Shown here piece by piece: positions 1 to 8,290 of a DNA stretch of 32,000 nt (within the stretch, counting starts at the first letter, position 1; each line of letters begins with the position of its first letter). A model generated the notes under the pieces. The model saw only the letters and a program-made list of their open reading frames with translations. It was not told where the DNA came from and ran no database searches. Source of the DNA: Candidatus Nanopusillus acidilobi. Its GTDB lineage: Archaea > Nanobdellota > Nanobdellia > Nanobdellales > Nanobdellaceae. The stretch spans positions 360,001 through 392,000 of the forward strand of contig CP010514.1 in the NCBI GenBank assembly GCA_001552015.1, given 5' to 3'. A program made the position numbers and the translations under genes.

Positions 1-602
1 TTAGTTAAAAATTGATTTGAAATAATTAATATATTAAATTCACCATTTTTTATTTTTTCCTTAATTTCTTTTTTATTACCACCATAATATGCTATAAACT
101 TTATATTTAGATTTAGACTACTTATAAATTTATCAAACAAATCGCTAAATTGCTTTACAAGCAATCTTGTTGGTAATATTATTAGTATCTTTTTGTTGTA
201 CTCACTAGAAAAGTAAATAGAAGAAACTATAATAAATGTTGATTTTCCAACACCTGTTGGCGCTATCATAGAAAAACTATTGTTTTTATATAATCTTTCA
301 AACCACATTATTTGTACTTTCCATGGATTAGAATTTAATAATTTTTTAAAAAATTCAGAAAATTTAGTAATTTCTTTATATAAATTATAAATATTTGAAT
401 AATCTTTTAATTTCCCCTTTTCAGATAATTTTTTATATAGAAGCTCTCTAAAAGTGTTTTCATCCTTTATATTTAATAATTCTAATATTTCTTTATCATC
501 TAAATCATTTTCACAAGGAAGACCATTTGAAAGCCTATAGGAAGAAATTGTACCATTACAATTAAAGCATAAATTTTTTATATATAAAGGAATATATTCC
601 AT
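1..602 (-). CDS. rgy: Reverse gyrase, N-terminal part (5' end of the gene at 602; the ORF runs off the window at position 1)
   Basis: Own translation from the ATG at 602-600; not in the ORF track because it is open at the window edge. Sequence: MEYIPLYIKNLCFNCNGTISSYRLSNGLPCEN...FFKKLLNSNPWKVQIMWFERLYKNNSFSMIAPTGVGKSTF...ILPTRLLVKQ...GEFNILIISNQFLT. An N-terminal Zn-finger-like CxxC, then the PW..Q..W..R...SF...APTGVGKS/T Walker A and the PTR.L..Q helicase motif, follow the reverse gyrase N-terminal pattern. Whether the gene is split or fused cannot be seen here. Confidence 0.75.
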   Translation of the reverse strand, partial: MEYIPLYIKNLCFNCNGTISSYRLSNGLPCENDLDDKEILELLNIKDENTFRELLYKKLSEKGKLKDYSNIYNLYKEITKFSEFFKKLLNSNPWKVQIMWFERLYKNNSFSMIAPTGVGKSTFIIVSSIYFSSEYNKKILIILPTRLLVKQFSDLFDKFISSLNLNIKFIAYYGGNKKEIKEKIKNGEFNILIISNQFLT

Positions 603-643
603 ATTTTCTTTTATTTTAAAAATTAATTTAAAAATATTCTATT

Positions 644-1243
644 ATGGATATATCAGATATAATCACTTACTTACAAAAAGAAAAAGAGAAAAAAACATTA
701 CAAAATTTACAAAAAGATTTTTATGTTAAGGTATCTGAATTATTAAAAAAATACAAAAAACAATTAGAAGCATATAAATCTGATAGTAAAGAATATAGAG
801 AAGTTATTGCAACAATAGATAGACTAAAAGAATCATTATCAGAATTAATTAATATAAGAATTAGCAAAATAATGAGTAATACAGTACTAGAAGTTAAAGA
901 AGATCTAAATATAATATCAGAAGATACTTTGGGAGAAGAAGAAAAATTATTATATTCTCTTGTTAAAAAAATATTAAAATCATATAAAGAAAATATACAA
1001 AGCAAGATTATTAATGGAGAAGAAATAGATATCAATAAATTTTTTTCAGATATAAATATAGATGTTTCATTATATCAAAATAAAATAGATAAGAAAATTG
1101 TTGTTATTAAAAATCAATTACCAAAGATTGTTGGACCAAATGGAAAAATATATGGACCTTTTAAAGTTGGAGATATAATAATACTAAATAATAACTTCGC
1201 TGAAAAATTAGAAAATACTGGAATAGGAAAAACAGTTGATTAA
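644..1243 (+). CDS. GINS subunit (Gins51/Gins15-like DNA replication factor)
   Basis: 199 aa. The N-terminus (ITYLQKEKEKKTLQNLQKDFYVKV) matches the archaeal Gins51 pattern L..E..s..L..l..dFY. The C-terminal small domain (GPNGKIYGPFKVGDIIILNNNFAEKLENTGIGK) matches the B-domain pattern g..yGPf.kGD...lp...A..L...G. Confidence 0.55.
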   Translation: MDISDIITYLQKEKEKKTLQNLQKDFYVKVSELLKKYKKQLEAYKSDSKEYREVIATIDRLKESLSELINIRISKIMSNTVLEVKEDLNIISEDTLGEEEKLLYSLVKKILKSYKENIQSKIINGEEIDINKFFSDINIDVSLYQNKIDKKIVVIKNQLPKIVGPNGKIYGPFKVGDIIILNNNFAEKLENTGIGKTVD

Positions 1244-1275
1244 ACTTATAAAATTATTTAATATTATTATCTTTA

Positions 1276-1590
1276 ATGAAATTACCAAAGACTATTAACA
1301 AATATTGCCCATATTGTAAAAAAGTTACTGAACATAAAGTAATCATTGTAAAAAGTATAAAAGCTAGGACTGGATTAGTTTGGGGTGCTAGAAGAGCTAG
1401 AGAAGGAAAAAAAGGTAGAGGAAATAAAGGAAAATATAGTAAGAGACCATTATCACAAAGAAAAAGAGGTGTTATAAAATCTTCTAAAGGTGTTGATATA
1501 AGATTAGAATGCAGCATATGCAAGAAACAAACTATATGGGAAATAAAAGGTAGATACAAAAAAGTAGAATTATCAACTGCTATAAAATGA
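1276..1590 (+). CDS. rpl44e: 50S ribosomal protein eL42 (L44e)
   Basis: 104 aa: MKLPKTINKYCPYCKKVTEHKV...GARRAREGKKGRGNKGKYSKRP...LECSICKK. It has the two CxxC pairs and the basic G-rich loop typical of L44e. Confidence 0.85.
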   Translation: MKLPKTINKYCPYCKKVTEHKVIIVKSIKARTGLVWGARRAREGKKGRGNKGKYSKRPLSQRKRGVIKSSKGVDIRLECSICKKQTIWEIKGRYKKVELSTAIK

Positions 1591-2057
1591 AGTCAAAAAT
1601 ATATTTTGAAGCATTTTCTAACGATAAAGATAAATTAACTGAATTTTTAAATAAAACATTCGATGCTATATCAAAATTCAAAAATTTTCAAATAATAGAT
1701 AAAAAAATTGCTGATCCTATAACAAAAGATATAAAAACCCCGGACGGAAAAACTATAAATGGATGGTCATCCTATTTAGAAATATATGCAGATTTTAAAG
1801 ATTTCGATTCATTAATAGATTTTATACTATTTTATACACCATCAAGAATTGATATAGAAGATATAAAAGAAATGAGAATTATAACAAAAGATAATGAAAT
1901 AAAATATAACAAAGAAAAAGTTAATCTATTATTAAATCAAATACCACAAGCTATAAATATGAAAGTATCTGCATTGTTAAATATATATCTTGCACAAGTT
2001 AAAAAAGATTCTAAAGGACCTGACAACCAATCATTAACAAATTTAAAAATAAAATAA
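1587..2057 (+). CDS. Hypothetical protein, translationally coupled to rpl44e
   Basis: 156 aa, K/E/I/D-rich like the other real genes here, with no Cys. The start overlaps the eL42 stop (ATGA at 1587-1590). I recognise no domain. Confidence 0.5.
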   Translation: MKSKIYFEAFSNDKDKLTEFLNKTFDAISKFKNFQIIDKKIADPITKDIKTPDGKTINGWSSYLEIYADFKDFDSLIDFILFYTPSRIDIEDIKEMRIITKDNEIKYNKEKVNLLLNQIPQAINMKVSALLNIYLAQVKKDSKGPDNQSLTNLKIK

Positions 2058-2061
2058 AATT

Positions 2062-2859
2062 TTATCCATAATAATATCCTGAACCTTTTTCCCTTTTCTT
2101 GTTTTCTTCCTCTAACTTCTTAATCATATCTAAATCTTTTTCTAATCTTTCTTTTAGTTTTTTACCCTTTTCCTTTAGATCACTTGTATCAACTTGAAAG
2201 TCATATAATTTACCTAAGATTTCTAATGCCTTTGAAGCACCAAAATATCCATTAACTTGATTTGATAAATATGTTTCAACTAATAATAAATAAGCTGGTT
2301 TTTTAAATAATTGAGAATAATATAAAAATAATCCACTCATTCCAACAACAGTATTTGATTTATATAAGTTAAGTTCTCCCAATTTTTCCTTTATCTTATT
2401 TACATCATAATATTTATTTAGTGCAAACAAATAATTTGGATTTTCTGGTTCTAATTGATGTGAACCTATTCCACCAATTATACTTAACTCTAATAGATTA
2501 AATTTACTTATTATTCTAAATAGCTTATTCATGAATCTATATCTAAAGTATAAAGACAATCCAGGATCTTCTAAAATCATTATCTGAAAATCTCCATATA
2601 ATACTAGAAAATTATAGTTACCAATTGGAACAGAATATAATTTATAACTTATATTATCTGCTATATATCCATTTTTATTTACTTTAACTACATCAGGAAA
2701 GAAATCTGTAATTATTCTTCCAACAACTTTTCCTTTATAAGTTTCTATTAACTTTTTTCCAACTATTTTTGACAAATTTCCAAATCCTCCGCCTATTGAA
2801 TAAAGAAAAACTATATTATTCATACTTTTTATTTTTTCTTTATCTATTATAAATTCCAT
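2062..2859 (-). CDS. PAC2-family protein (archaeal proteasome assembly chaperone PbaA/PbaB-like)
   Basis: 265 aa. A globular N-terminal region (FLYSIGGGFGNLSKIVG..., LLELSIIGGIGS, VVGMSGLFL) is followed by a charged helical tail ending ...GSGYYYG, a possible HbYX-type (hydrophobic-Tyr-X) proteasome-docking C-terminus. It sits directly downstream of aIF2alpha-Nop10, the conserved archaeal position for this family. Confidence 0.55.
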   Translation of the reverse strand: MEFIIDKEKIKSMNNIVFLYSIGGGFGNLSKIVGKKLIETYKGKVVGRIITDFFPDVVKVNKNGYIADNISYKLYSVPIGNYNFLVLYGDFQIMILEDPGLSLYFRYRFMNKLFRIISKFNLLELSIIGGIGSHQLEPENPNYLFALNKYYDVNKIKEKLGELNLYKSNTVVGMSGLFLYYSQLFKKPAYLLLVETYLSNQVNGYFGASKALEILGKLYDFQVDTSDLKEKGKKLKERLEKDLDMIKKLEEENKKREKGSGYYYG

Positions 2860-2865
2860 AATATA

Positions 2866-3042
2866 TTATAGTATATTATTTTTATATAAGATTTCTTTTT
2901 TCATTTTTCTTCTATAACCACCCCATTTATCATCAGGAGAAAATTTAGGAGGTATTACTCTAGATGTTTTATTACCACAAATCGGACAGATTTCTTTAAA
3001 TGTATATATTTTACAATTTTTACATTTTCTAATCTCTTTCAT
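2866..3042 (-). CDS. nop10: H/ACA RNP component Nop10 (missing from the supplied ORF track)
   Basis: Own translation, 58 aa: MKEIRKCKNCKIYTFKEICPICGNKTSRVIPPKFSPDDKWGGYRRKMKKEILYKNNIL. It has the CxxC...CxxC zinc ribbon plus the P.KFSP.DK.G.YRR signature of Nop10. It overlaps the aIF2alpha 3' end by 14 nt. Confidence 0.85.
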   Translation of the reverse strand: MKEIRKCKNCKIYTFKEICPICGNKTSRVIPPKFSPDDKWGGYRRKMKKEILYKNNIL

Positions 3043-3805
3043 ATTTATTTATTTCATAAATTACATTATAATTTTTAGCTTCTTTATTAATTAATTCTAG
3101 CATTTCTTTTTCCTTTTTTTGTAAATCAGATGGGCTTATAGTAACATATTTTAGCATATATGTAGGAGCTCCCAGATATTTTATCATTATATTTAGATCC
3201 TTTATTTTTTTAAGAAATTCCTTTATTTTATATATTCCATCACCATCTAAGCAATATGCCTGCATTATATATGTAAACTCATATTTTGGTGGATTTAGAT
3301 AATCAAGTATATATTTGTATAATAGATCTGAGTATTTTTTACTTATTTTATATTTATCTAAAACAGTTTTTCCATTTATATAAGCTTCTAAAAATACACT
3401 ATAAAGTTTGTTTTCTGGAACAATTTTAAATATTATCTCTTTTTCTAATTTATCCATATCTATATTTTCCTTTTCACTCATTATTTTCAATATATTATAA
3501 GCAGCCATCTCTCTTTTATATTCAAAAATCTTTGCTTTTTGTTTATTCTTATCAACTCTCTTTAACGATAAAGTAGCCAATCTATTTTGTACATCTACAT
3601 CTAATACTAAACATACAATCTTTTTACCTTCCCTAACTAAAATCCTTGGATTTGTAATTCTTCTATTTGATAATTCGTCTATTGGAATTATTCCATTAAA
3701 ATTCTCATATTCATCTAAGCTAACTTTTACATCTACATCTGATATATTATTTACTGTACATATAACATAATCATTCACCTTTGGAGGATCTTTTCTCTTA
3801 TACAT
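3029..3805 (-). CDS. eif2a: Translation initiation factor aIF2 alpha subunit
   Basis: 258 aa. The N-terminal S1/OB domain reads PKVNDYVICTVNNISDVDVKVSLDEYENFNGIIPIDELS...ILVREGKKIVCLVLDVD. It is followed by helical and alpha-beta domains of the expected length, and the conserved Nop10 gene lies downstream. Confidence 0.85.
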   Translation of the reverse strand: MYKRKDPPKVNDYVICTVNNISDVDVKVSLDEYENFNGIIPIDELSNRRITNPRILVREGKKIVCLVLDVDVQNRLATLSLKRVDKNKQKAKIFEYKREMAAYNILKIMSEKENIDMDKLEKEIIFKIVPENKLYSVFLEAYINGKTVLDKYKISKKYSDLLYKYILDYLNPPKYEFTYIMQAYCLDGDGIYKIKEFLKKIKDLNIMIKYLGAPTYMLKYVTISPSDLQKKEKEMLELINKEAKNYNVIYEINKYERD

Positions 3806-3848
3806 CTTTAAAATATATTAAAAAATACTTATTAAATTTATATACGAT

Positions 3849-4829
3849 TTAGGTTTTAGTTACTGGGATATTATATGTAACCTCTTCATAACAATTATAT
3901 GAAAGATTCATTAAAATATATGCTGGTATTCCTATATTTGAATTAAGAAGATTTTGAATTTCTGGATTGCTTTGTGCTAATTGTTGAAGATTTATAATAC
4001 AAGATATTGAAGGTGAACTTATTGGAACATTTTGTGTTGGACTACATGAGAAACCTTCTCCCCCATTTGGTATATCTATTGGAGTTGTTCCGATAATACG
4101 TAATTCAGCATTTACATTAAAGGTAGCTTGACTATTAGAATATACATTACTAAAGCATCCAACAGAATCTTGGAAAGATATTGAGAAATATATATTTCCA
4201 TCAATTTCATTTACATTGATATTAGAAGATACTGGTGTTATTGGAGATGATGAATAATATACAGGCTCACTTAATGTTATTGAACTATTAGAATAATTTA
4301 ATTGTAGTGGAATTAATACATTCGTAACAACATTTGATACATTATATTCTACAACTATTGGTATTTGAGAAGGCACAGCCAGAATACCAGGACTTAAAGA
4401 AACTTCAATATTTCCAATAGTAGAATTTGAAGGAATAAGTTGATCAGAAGAGGAATTATAAGTTGCTGGTTCTGCATTAAAATTACCTGAGTAAGGAGAA
4501 GATAAAGTATAACTATTTACATAATATGAAACTTCTAATTGAGAATTTGACATTGTATAAATATTATTAACATAGATAAGAGGCAATGTATAATTTAAAC
4601 CACTTGATTCACTATAATTTAACGAAGAAGGTGCTTGAACATATATATATAAGTTTCCTGGCTGACTTACTGCCCATGAAGGTTGATATAAATTAGAACC
4701 TGAACTTCCGCTATTAAAAAATCCTGAATTTCCAAATCCAATGTTACCAATTGGACATGTAGAAAAATAAAATAGAGTAGTACCTGCAAATAATATAGGC
4801 AACAAATATATAAATCTTCCAGCTTTCAT
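3849..4829 (-). CDS. Secreted or membrane-anchored N/S/Y-rich protein (putative glycosylated surface protein)
   Basis: 326 aa. The N-terminus MKAGRFIYLLPILFAGTTLFYF is a short basic segment plus a hydrophobic helix. The rest is almost free of K/E and rich in N, S, Y, I, P, with 8 N-X-S/T sequons (counted by eye) and 5 Cys. I recognise no domain. Confidence 0.6.
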   Translation of the reverse strand: MKAGRFIYLLPILFAGTTLFYFSTCPIGNIGFGNSGFFNSGSSGSNLYQPSWAVSQPGNLYIYVQAPSSLNYSESSGLNYTLPLIYVNNIYTMSNSQLEVSYYVNSYTLSSPYSGNFNAEPATYNSSSDQLIPSNSTIGNIEVSLSPGILAVPSQIPIVVEYNVSNVVTNVLIPLQLNYSNSSITLSEPVYYSSSPITPVSSNINVNEIDGNIYFSISFQDSVGCFSNVYSNSQATFNVNAELRIIGTTPIDIPNGGEGFSCSPTQNVPISSPSISCIINLQQLAQSNPEIQNLLNSNIGIPAYILMNLSYNCYEEVTYNIPVTKT

Positions 4830-4872
4830 TAATTATATTTTTACTTTATTAATTATAAACTTTATCATAATA

Positions 4873-5145
4873 TTAGCCCGAAGTATTTGAATTATTTTGA
4901 TTATTAGATGTATATAAATTATTTAAACTAACATTTTCATTTAAGGCAGTTTGAATAATATTAAAAGCTTGTTGGGCATCATTGATAAATTGTACTATAC
5001 CATTTTCGACACTCTGGAACATTTCATTATTTTCCATATATGCAAGAATTTGATTACGATATAAATAAGCTACTATTATTAAAATTATTAGAATTAATAA
5101 AAAAATCAATCCACCGCCAGAGCTTTTAGCTCTTCCTTTCTTCAT
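4873..5145 (-). CDS. Small membrane-anchored N/Q-rich protein
   Basis: The track ORF 4873..5151 begins with TTG. The first ATG is at 5145, giving MKKGRAKSSGGGLIFLLILIILIIVAYL... (90 aa). It has one TM helix and an extracytoplasmic N/Q-rich tail ending ...NNQNNSNTSG, with 3 sequons. Confidence 0.5.
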   Translation of the reverse strand: MKKGRAKSSGGGLIFLLILIILIIVAYLYRNQILAYMENNEMFQSVENGIVQFINDAQQAFNIIQTALNENVSLNNLYTSNNQNNSNTSG

Positions 5146-5177
5146 AAACAAATTATAAATTTATTTATTTATAAGTT

Positions 5178-6230
5178 TTAGGATATCTGCAAATAATCTA
5201 TCTTAAGATAATTGTCTGTCTTTATTTCTAATAGATTCTCTGGCAATAAACAATTAGATATATTTACTACATAAGCCCCAACAGACGAACTTATATTATA
5301 TATACAATTATTATTTAGTATAACTTCTCCAGAGCCCTGACTTACTATAATATCCAATATGTAATTTGTTAAATTATTTGGAAATGCTATATAAAATATA
5401 TTGCTCTTTGCTTCTACATATAGATTATTTATATTAACTGGATAAGATGATATCAAACTGATACTATTTTCTCCAATATTTAAATATGGAGTTAAATAAA
5501 ATAAGTTAGAACATGAAGATAAAGGAATTGACAATCCATTTATAATTAATTCTACATTTTGAGGAGAATATGGACAAAAATCATAGAACATATATATATC
5601 TCCAGATATATAATAATAGCTAAAATTTAATGATGAAAACTCTAGATAATTTATATTTATATTATTTAATATTCCATTTCCATTAAATATTATACTAGTT
5701 GGAGAAAACTCTATTTTTAGCTCATTATTTCCATTATATAAATAATTTGGAGAAACAAAAATACCTATTTCTCCATTTTGACATCCAGAATATACTTCAT
5801 AATTATTTACATATATATCGAACTTACCATTATTACATGTAGAATAAGCAGTAATATTTATTCCATCATAATTGTTAGAATAATAGAAATATAAGCTCTT
5901 ACTAACTGTTCCATAAAATATATTTGTTTCAAAATTCAAAGTTCCTAAATTAATATAATATACTGGAATATAACTTCCTATTGTATAATTGCTTGTTATA
6001 TAATAATAATTCTGACTCTCCGATAATTGTATATTTTGAAAGATATATTGATTTCTCATACTTGTATTTGAAAAATTTGAAGAAGGATATAATGTTACAT
6101 TAGTTCCATTAAACAATTGTTGTATTAAGGATTGTTTATATTGATATGGAATAATAGCCCAATATACAAAAATTACTATACCTAATAATATAAAGAATAT
6201 ACCTAAACTTGTCATTTGTAATTTTTTCAT
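5178..6230 (-). CDS. Membrane-anchored N/Y/S-rich protein (putative glycosylated surface protein)
   Basis: 350 aa. The N-terminus is MKKLQMTSLGIFFILLGIVIFVYWAII. The remainder is K/E-poor and N/Y/S/I-rich with a beta-strand-like alternating pattern. It has 10 N-X-S/T sequons (counted by eye) and 6 Cys in three spaced pairs. I recognise no domain. Confidence 0.6.
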   Translation of the reverse strand: MKKLQMTSLGIFFILLGIVIFVYWAIIPYQYKQSLIQQLFNGTNVTLYPSSNFSNTSMRNQYIFQNIQLSESQNYYYITSNYTIGSYIPVYYINLGTLNFETNIFYGTVSKSLYFYYSNNYDGINITAYSTCNNGKFDIYVNNYEVYSGCQNGEIGIFVSPNYLYNGNNELKIEFSPTSIIFNGNGILNNININYLEFSSLNFSYYYISGDIYMFYDFCPYSPQNVELIINGLSIPLSSCSNLFYLTPYLNIGENSISLISSYPVNINNLYVEAKSNIFYIAFPNNLTNYILDIIVSQGSGEVILNNNCIYNISSSVGAYVVNISNCLLPENLLEIKTDNYLKIDYLQIS

Positions 6231-6255
6231 ATTTTAATAGAATATTCTTTAATAT

Positions 6256-7272
6256 TTATAATTTATACCTTAATTTTCCAACAATACAGAATCTATCAAT
6301 TAATTCAAAATTACTGACATTATTATTTACAAAATATATTTCAGCATTTATTTTATCCAAAATATTAAATAAATTTATAATTTTATCAATATTATTTTCT
6401 TCTTTCATTTTTTTAAAACATTCTTCAGAAATTAAAATATATTCTATATTATTATACATTGCATTATTATATACCTCATCATATCCAAATGCTACCATAT
6501 TTTTTTGCATTAAATATAATATTTCTTCTATTAATTTATTTATTTCTAAAATTTCTAAATTTTTTAATGTCTCATAATATTCTGTTCTTCTAACAAATTC
6601 ATATATTCCATTTACACCTCCGCTAGATACTTTATATATTTTTATATTTTTTATATTTAATTTATCCTTTATATAATCATAAAATTCTTCAGGATAAAAT
6701 AATGGACCAATTATACATAGAAATTTAATATCATAATCCTTTAGTGTATCTAAAAATTCTGAAAATATTTTATATAATTTTGCTTTTTCTTCAGGATCTC
6801 CTTTGTTTATCTTATAATATTCCTCTTTTATAATTTTTATTCCATTATTTATTATACCAAGAGCTATCTCATTATTATCTATAGATATTACAAAGATATT
6901 TTCTTTTTTTCTAGAAGATTTTTCCAATATTTTTTCTTCATATTTTTTTATTTCCTCCTTTTTATATAATGTAAATTCTGTAGATATTCTTATATCAAAT
7001 GTATGATAATGTCCAATAGAATCTTTATCACTTGAATCAATTATTTTTCCAGAAATCCTTAATGAATCTTTATATTCAGAAAATTTTATACTCTCAACTT
7101 CTATTTTTATTTTTATTTTCTTCTTTTCTTTTTCATTTTCAAATTTTAATGTTCTATAATCATATCCTTCTATAATATCTCCTAAATTAACTATTTTATA
7201 TAAATACAATAAGTCTACTTCATCTTCTATCTTAATTTTTATTGTCTTCTTATCTATTATTTCATATTTCAT
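6256..7272 (-). CDS. pelA: mRNA surveillance protein Pelota (Dom34 homologue)
   Basis: 338 aa. The N-terminal Sm-like domain (EDEVDLLYLYKIVNLGDIIEGYDYR...LRISGKIID...IGHYHTFDI) is followed by central and eRF1-like C-terminal domains (GPLFYPEEF..., VAFGYDEV, ILISEE). Confidence 0.85.
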   Translation of the reverse strand: MKYEIIDKKTIKIKIEDEVDLLYLYKIVNLGDIIEGYDYRTLKFENEKEKKKIKIKIEVESIKFSEYKDSLRISGKIIDSSDKDSIGHYHTFDIRISTEFTLYKKEEIKKYEEKILEKSSRKKENIFVISIDNNEIALGIINNGIKIIKEEYYKINKGDPEEKAKLYKIFSEFLDTLKDYDIKFLCIIGPLFYPEEFYDYIKDKLNIKNIKIYKVSSGGVNGIYEFVRRTEYYETLKNLEILEINKLIEEILYLMQKNMVAFGYDEVYNNAMYNNIEYILISEECFKKMKEENNIDKIINLFNILDKINAEIYFVNNNVSNFELIDRFCIVGKLRYKL

Positions 7273-8252
7273 ATTAGTAAGAATATTAAAGAAAGAAATA
7301 TTGGAGGAACAAAAGGTGCTCCTTCCTTTACTTTTACTTTTATATCATTATATTCTCCCAATTTCCTTAATATACTAACTTCTTCTTTTGAAAGACCAAA
7401 CCTTCCAATAAACAGTTTATTTTGAAATATATGATAAAATATTATAATAAATGGCATAGAATAATAAAATAAAACTTCATTTAAAAAATAAAATATTAGT
7501 GGCAAAATTGCAATTATTAAGATAACAAGAGAATTTATTAATTTATTATTTTTCTTAAATTTTAATATATATTTATTCCCATTTTCATAAATATCGAAAT
7601 ATTTACTTAATATTTCTTTATCTTCTTCCTTTATACTATTAATTTCTATTCTATCTTCTATCCAATCCCCTTCAACCAATTCATTTACATTTCTTATAAA
7701 TGTTAATTTTTCATCTAAATCCTTTGATATATATCTAAATAGAAAATATGGGATATATATTAAAATTAAAGAAATTAATAGATAATAAATATCAAAATAC
7801 AAAAAGAAAAGATTGATAAAAAATATAGAAACTAATATTAGGATAATATTAAAAATATAAACATAATACTTTTTTCTATTTTCTTTATATACTTTAATAG
7901 CTTCCAAATTATGAAATACAAATGCGAACAATACTAGATAAAATAAAAATAATAATATCTTATATAGAGGAAAGAAAGATAATAGAAAGAATATTGAAAA
8001 GAAAATAAATAGATCTCCAATAGCTAGCAATCTAAATAAATACAATAATATAAAAAATAGAAGAATAAAATATGAAAATATAAAATTCACTGGATAAATA
8101 TTTTGAACAATTAAATATGAGAAATAGAATATATTAAATATCAATAAAATATATATTATTATATCATCTACAGACTTATATTTTATATCCTGATATGATG
8201 AATATGCCAATATTATTATATCAAATATCAATAAAGGAAGCATCTCATTCAT
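7269..8252 (-). CDS. Polytopic membrane protein, A24-family prepilin/preflagellin aspartyl peptidase-like (FlaK/PibD-like)
   Basis: 327 aa. Candidate catalytic Asp 1 lies in AYSSYQDIKYKSVDD (compare the FlaK-type S.QD...R.I.D). Candidate Asp 2 lies in LLAIGDLFIF (a degenerate GxGD). The C-terminus is EGAPFVPPIF. A soluble insert of about 60 aa (KDLDEKLTF...KFKKNNK) sits between TM blocks, as in FlaK. There is a 4-nt overlap with pelA. Confidence 0.55.
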   Translation of the reverse strand: MNEMLPLLIFDIIILAYSSYQDIKYKSVDDIIIYILLIFNIFYFSYLIVQNIYPVNFIFSYFILLFFILLYLFRLLAIGDLFIFFSIFFLLSFFPLYKILLFLFYLVLFAFVFHNLEAIKVYKENRKKYYVYIFNIILILVSIFFINLFFLYFDIYYLLISLILIYIPYFLFRYISKDLDEKLTFIRNVNELVEGDWIEDRIEINSIKEEDKEILSKYFDIYENGNKYILKFKKNNKLINSLVILIIAILPLIFYFLNEVLFYYSMPFIIIFYHIFQNKLFIGRFGLSKEEVSILRKLGEYNDIKVKVKEGAPFVPPIFLSLIFLLI

Positions 8253-8290
8253 ATAAAAAATAAAAAATACAATTCTTATAAATAATTATT

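Noticed and set aside
721-1559. Antisense ORFs 721..1035 (-) and 1254..1559 (-) overlapping the GINS and rpl44e genes
   Set aside because: They are fully embedded opposite genes with clear family signatures. Their translations are low-complexity L/F/S/I strings typical of the reverse frame of K/E/N-rich AT-rich coding sequence.
3849-6230. The idea that the three surface proteins are type IV pilin-like substrates (class III signal peptides) of the nearby A24 peptidase
   Set aside because: I compared the N-termini with the usual archaeal cleavage pattern, [KRDE][GA] followed by [ALIFQMVED] and three small or hydrophobic residues. MKAG-RFIY, MKKG-RAKS and MKKLQMTSLG-IFF do not fit: they have Arg at +1, or lack a charged residue before G/A. 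Sec-type signal peptides or signal anchors are the simpler reading. The link to the peptidase remains only positional.
6209-6577. ORF 6209..6577 (+), 122 aa
   Set aside because: It lies antisense to pelota, which has strong motif support. Its composition (F/I/L/S/N runs) is that of a shadow frame.
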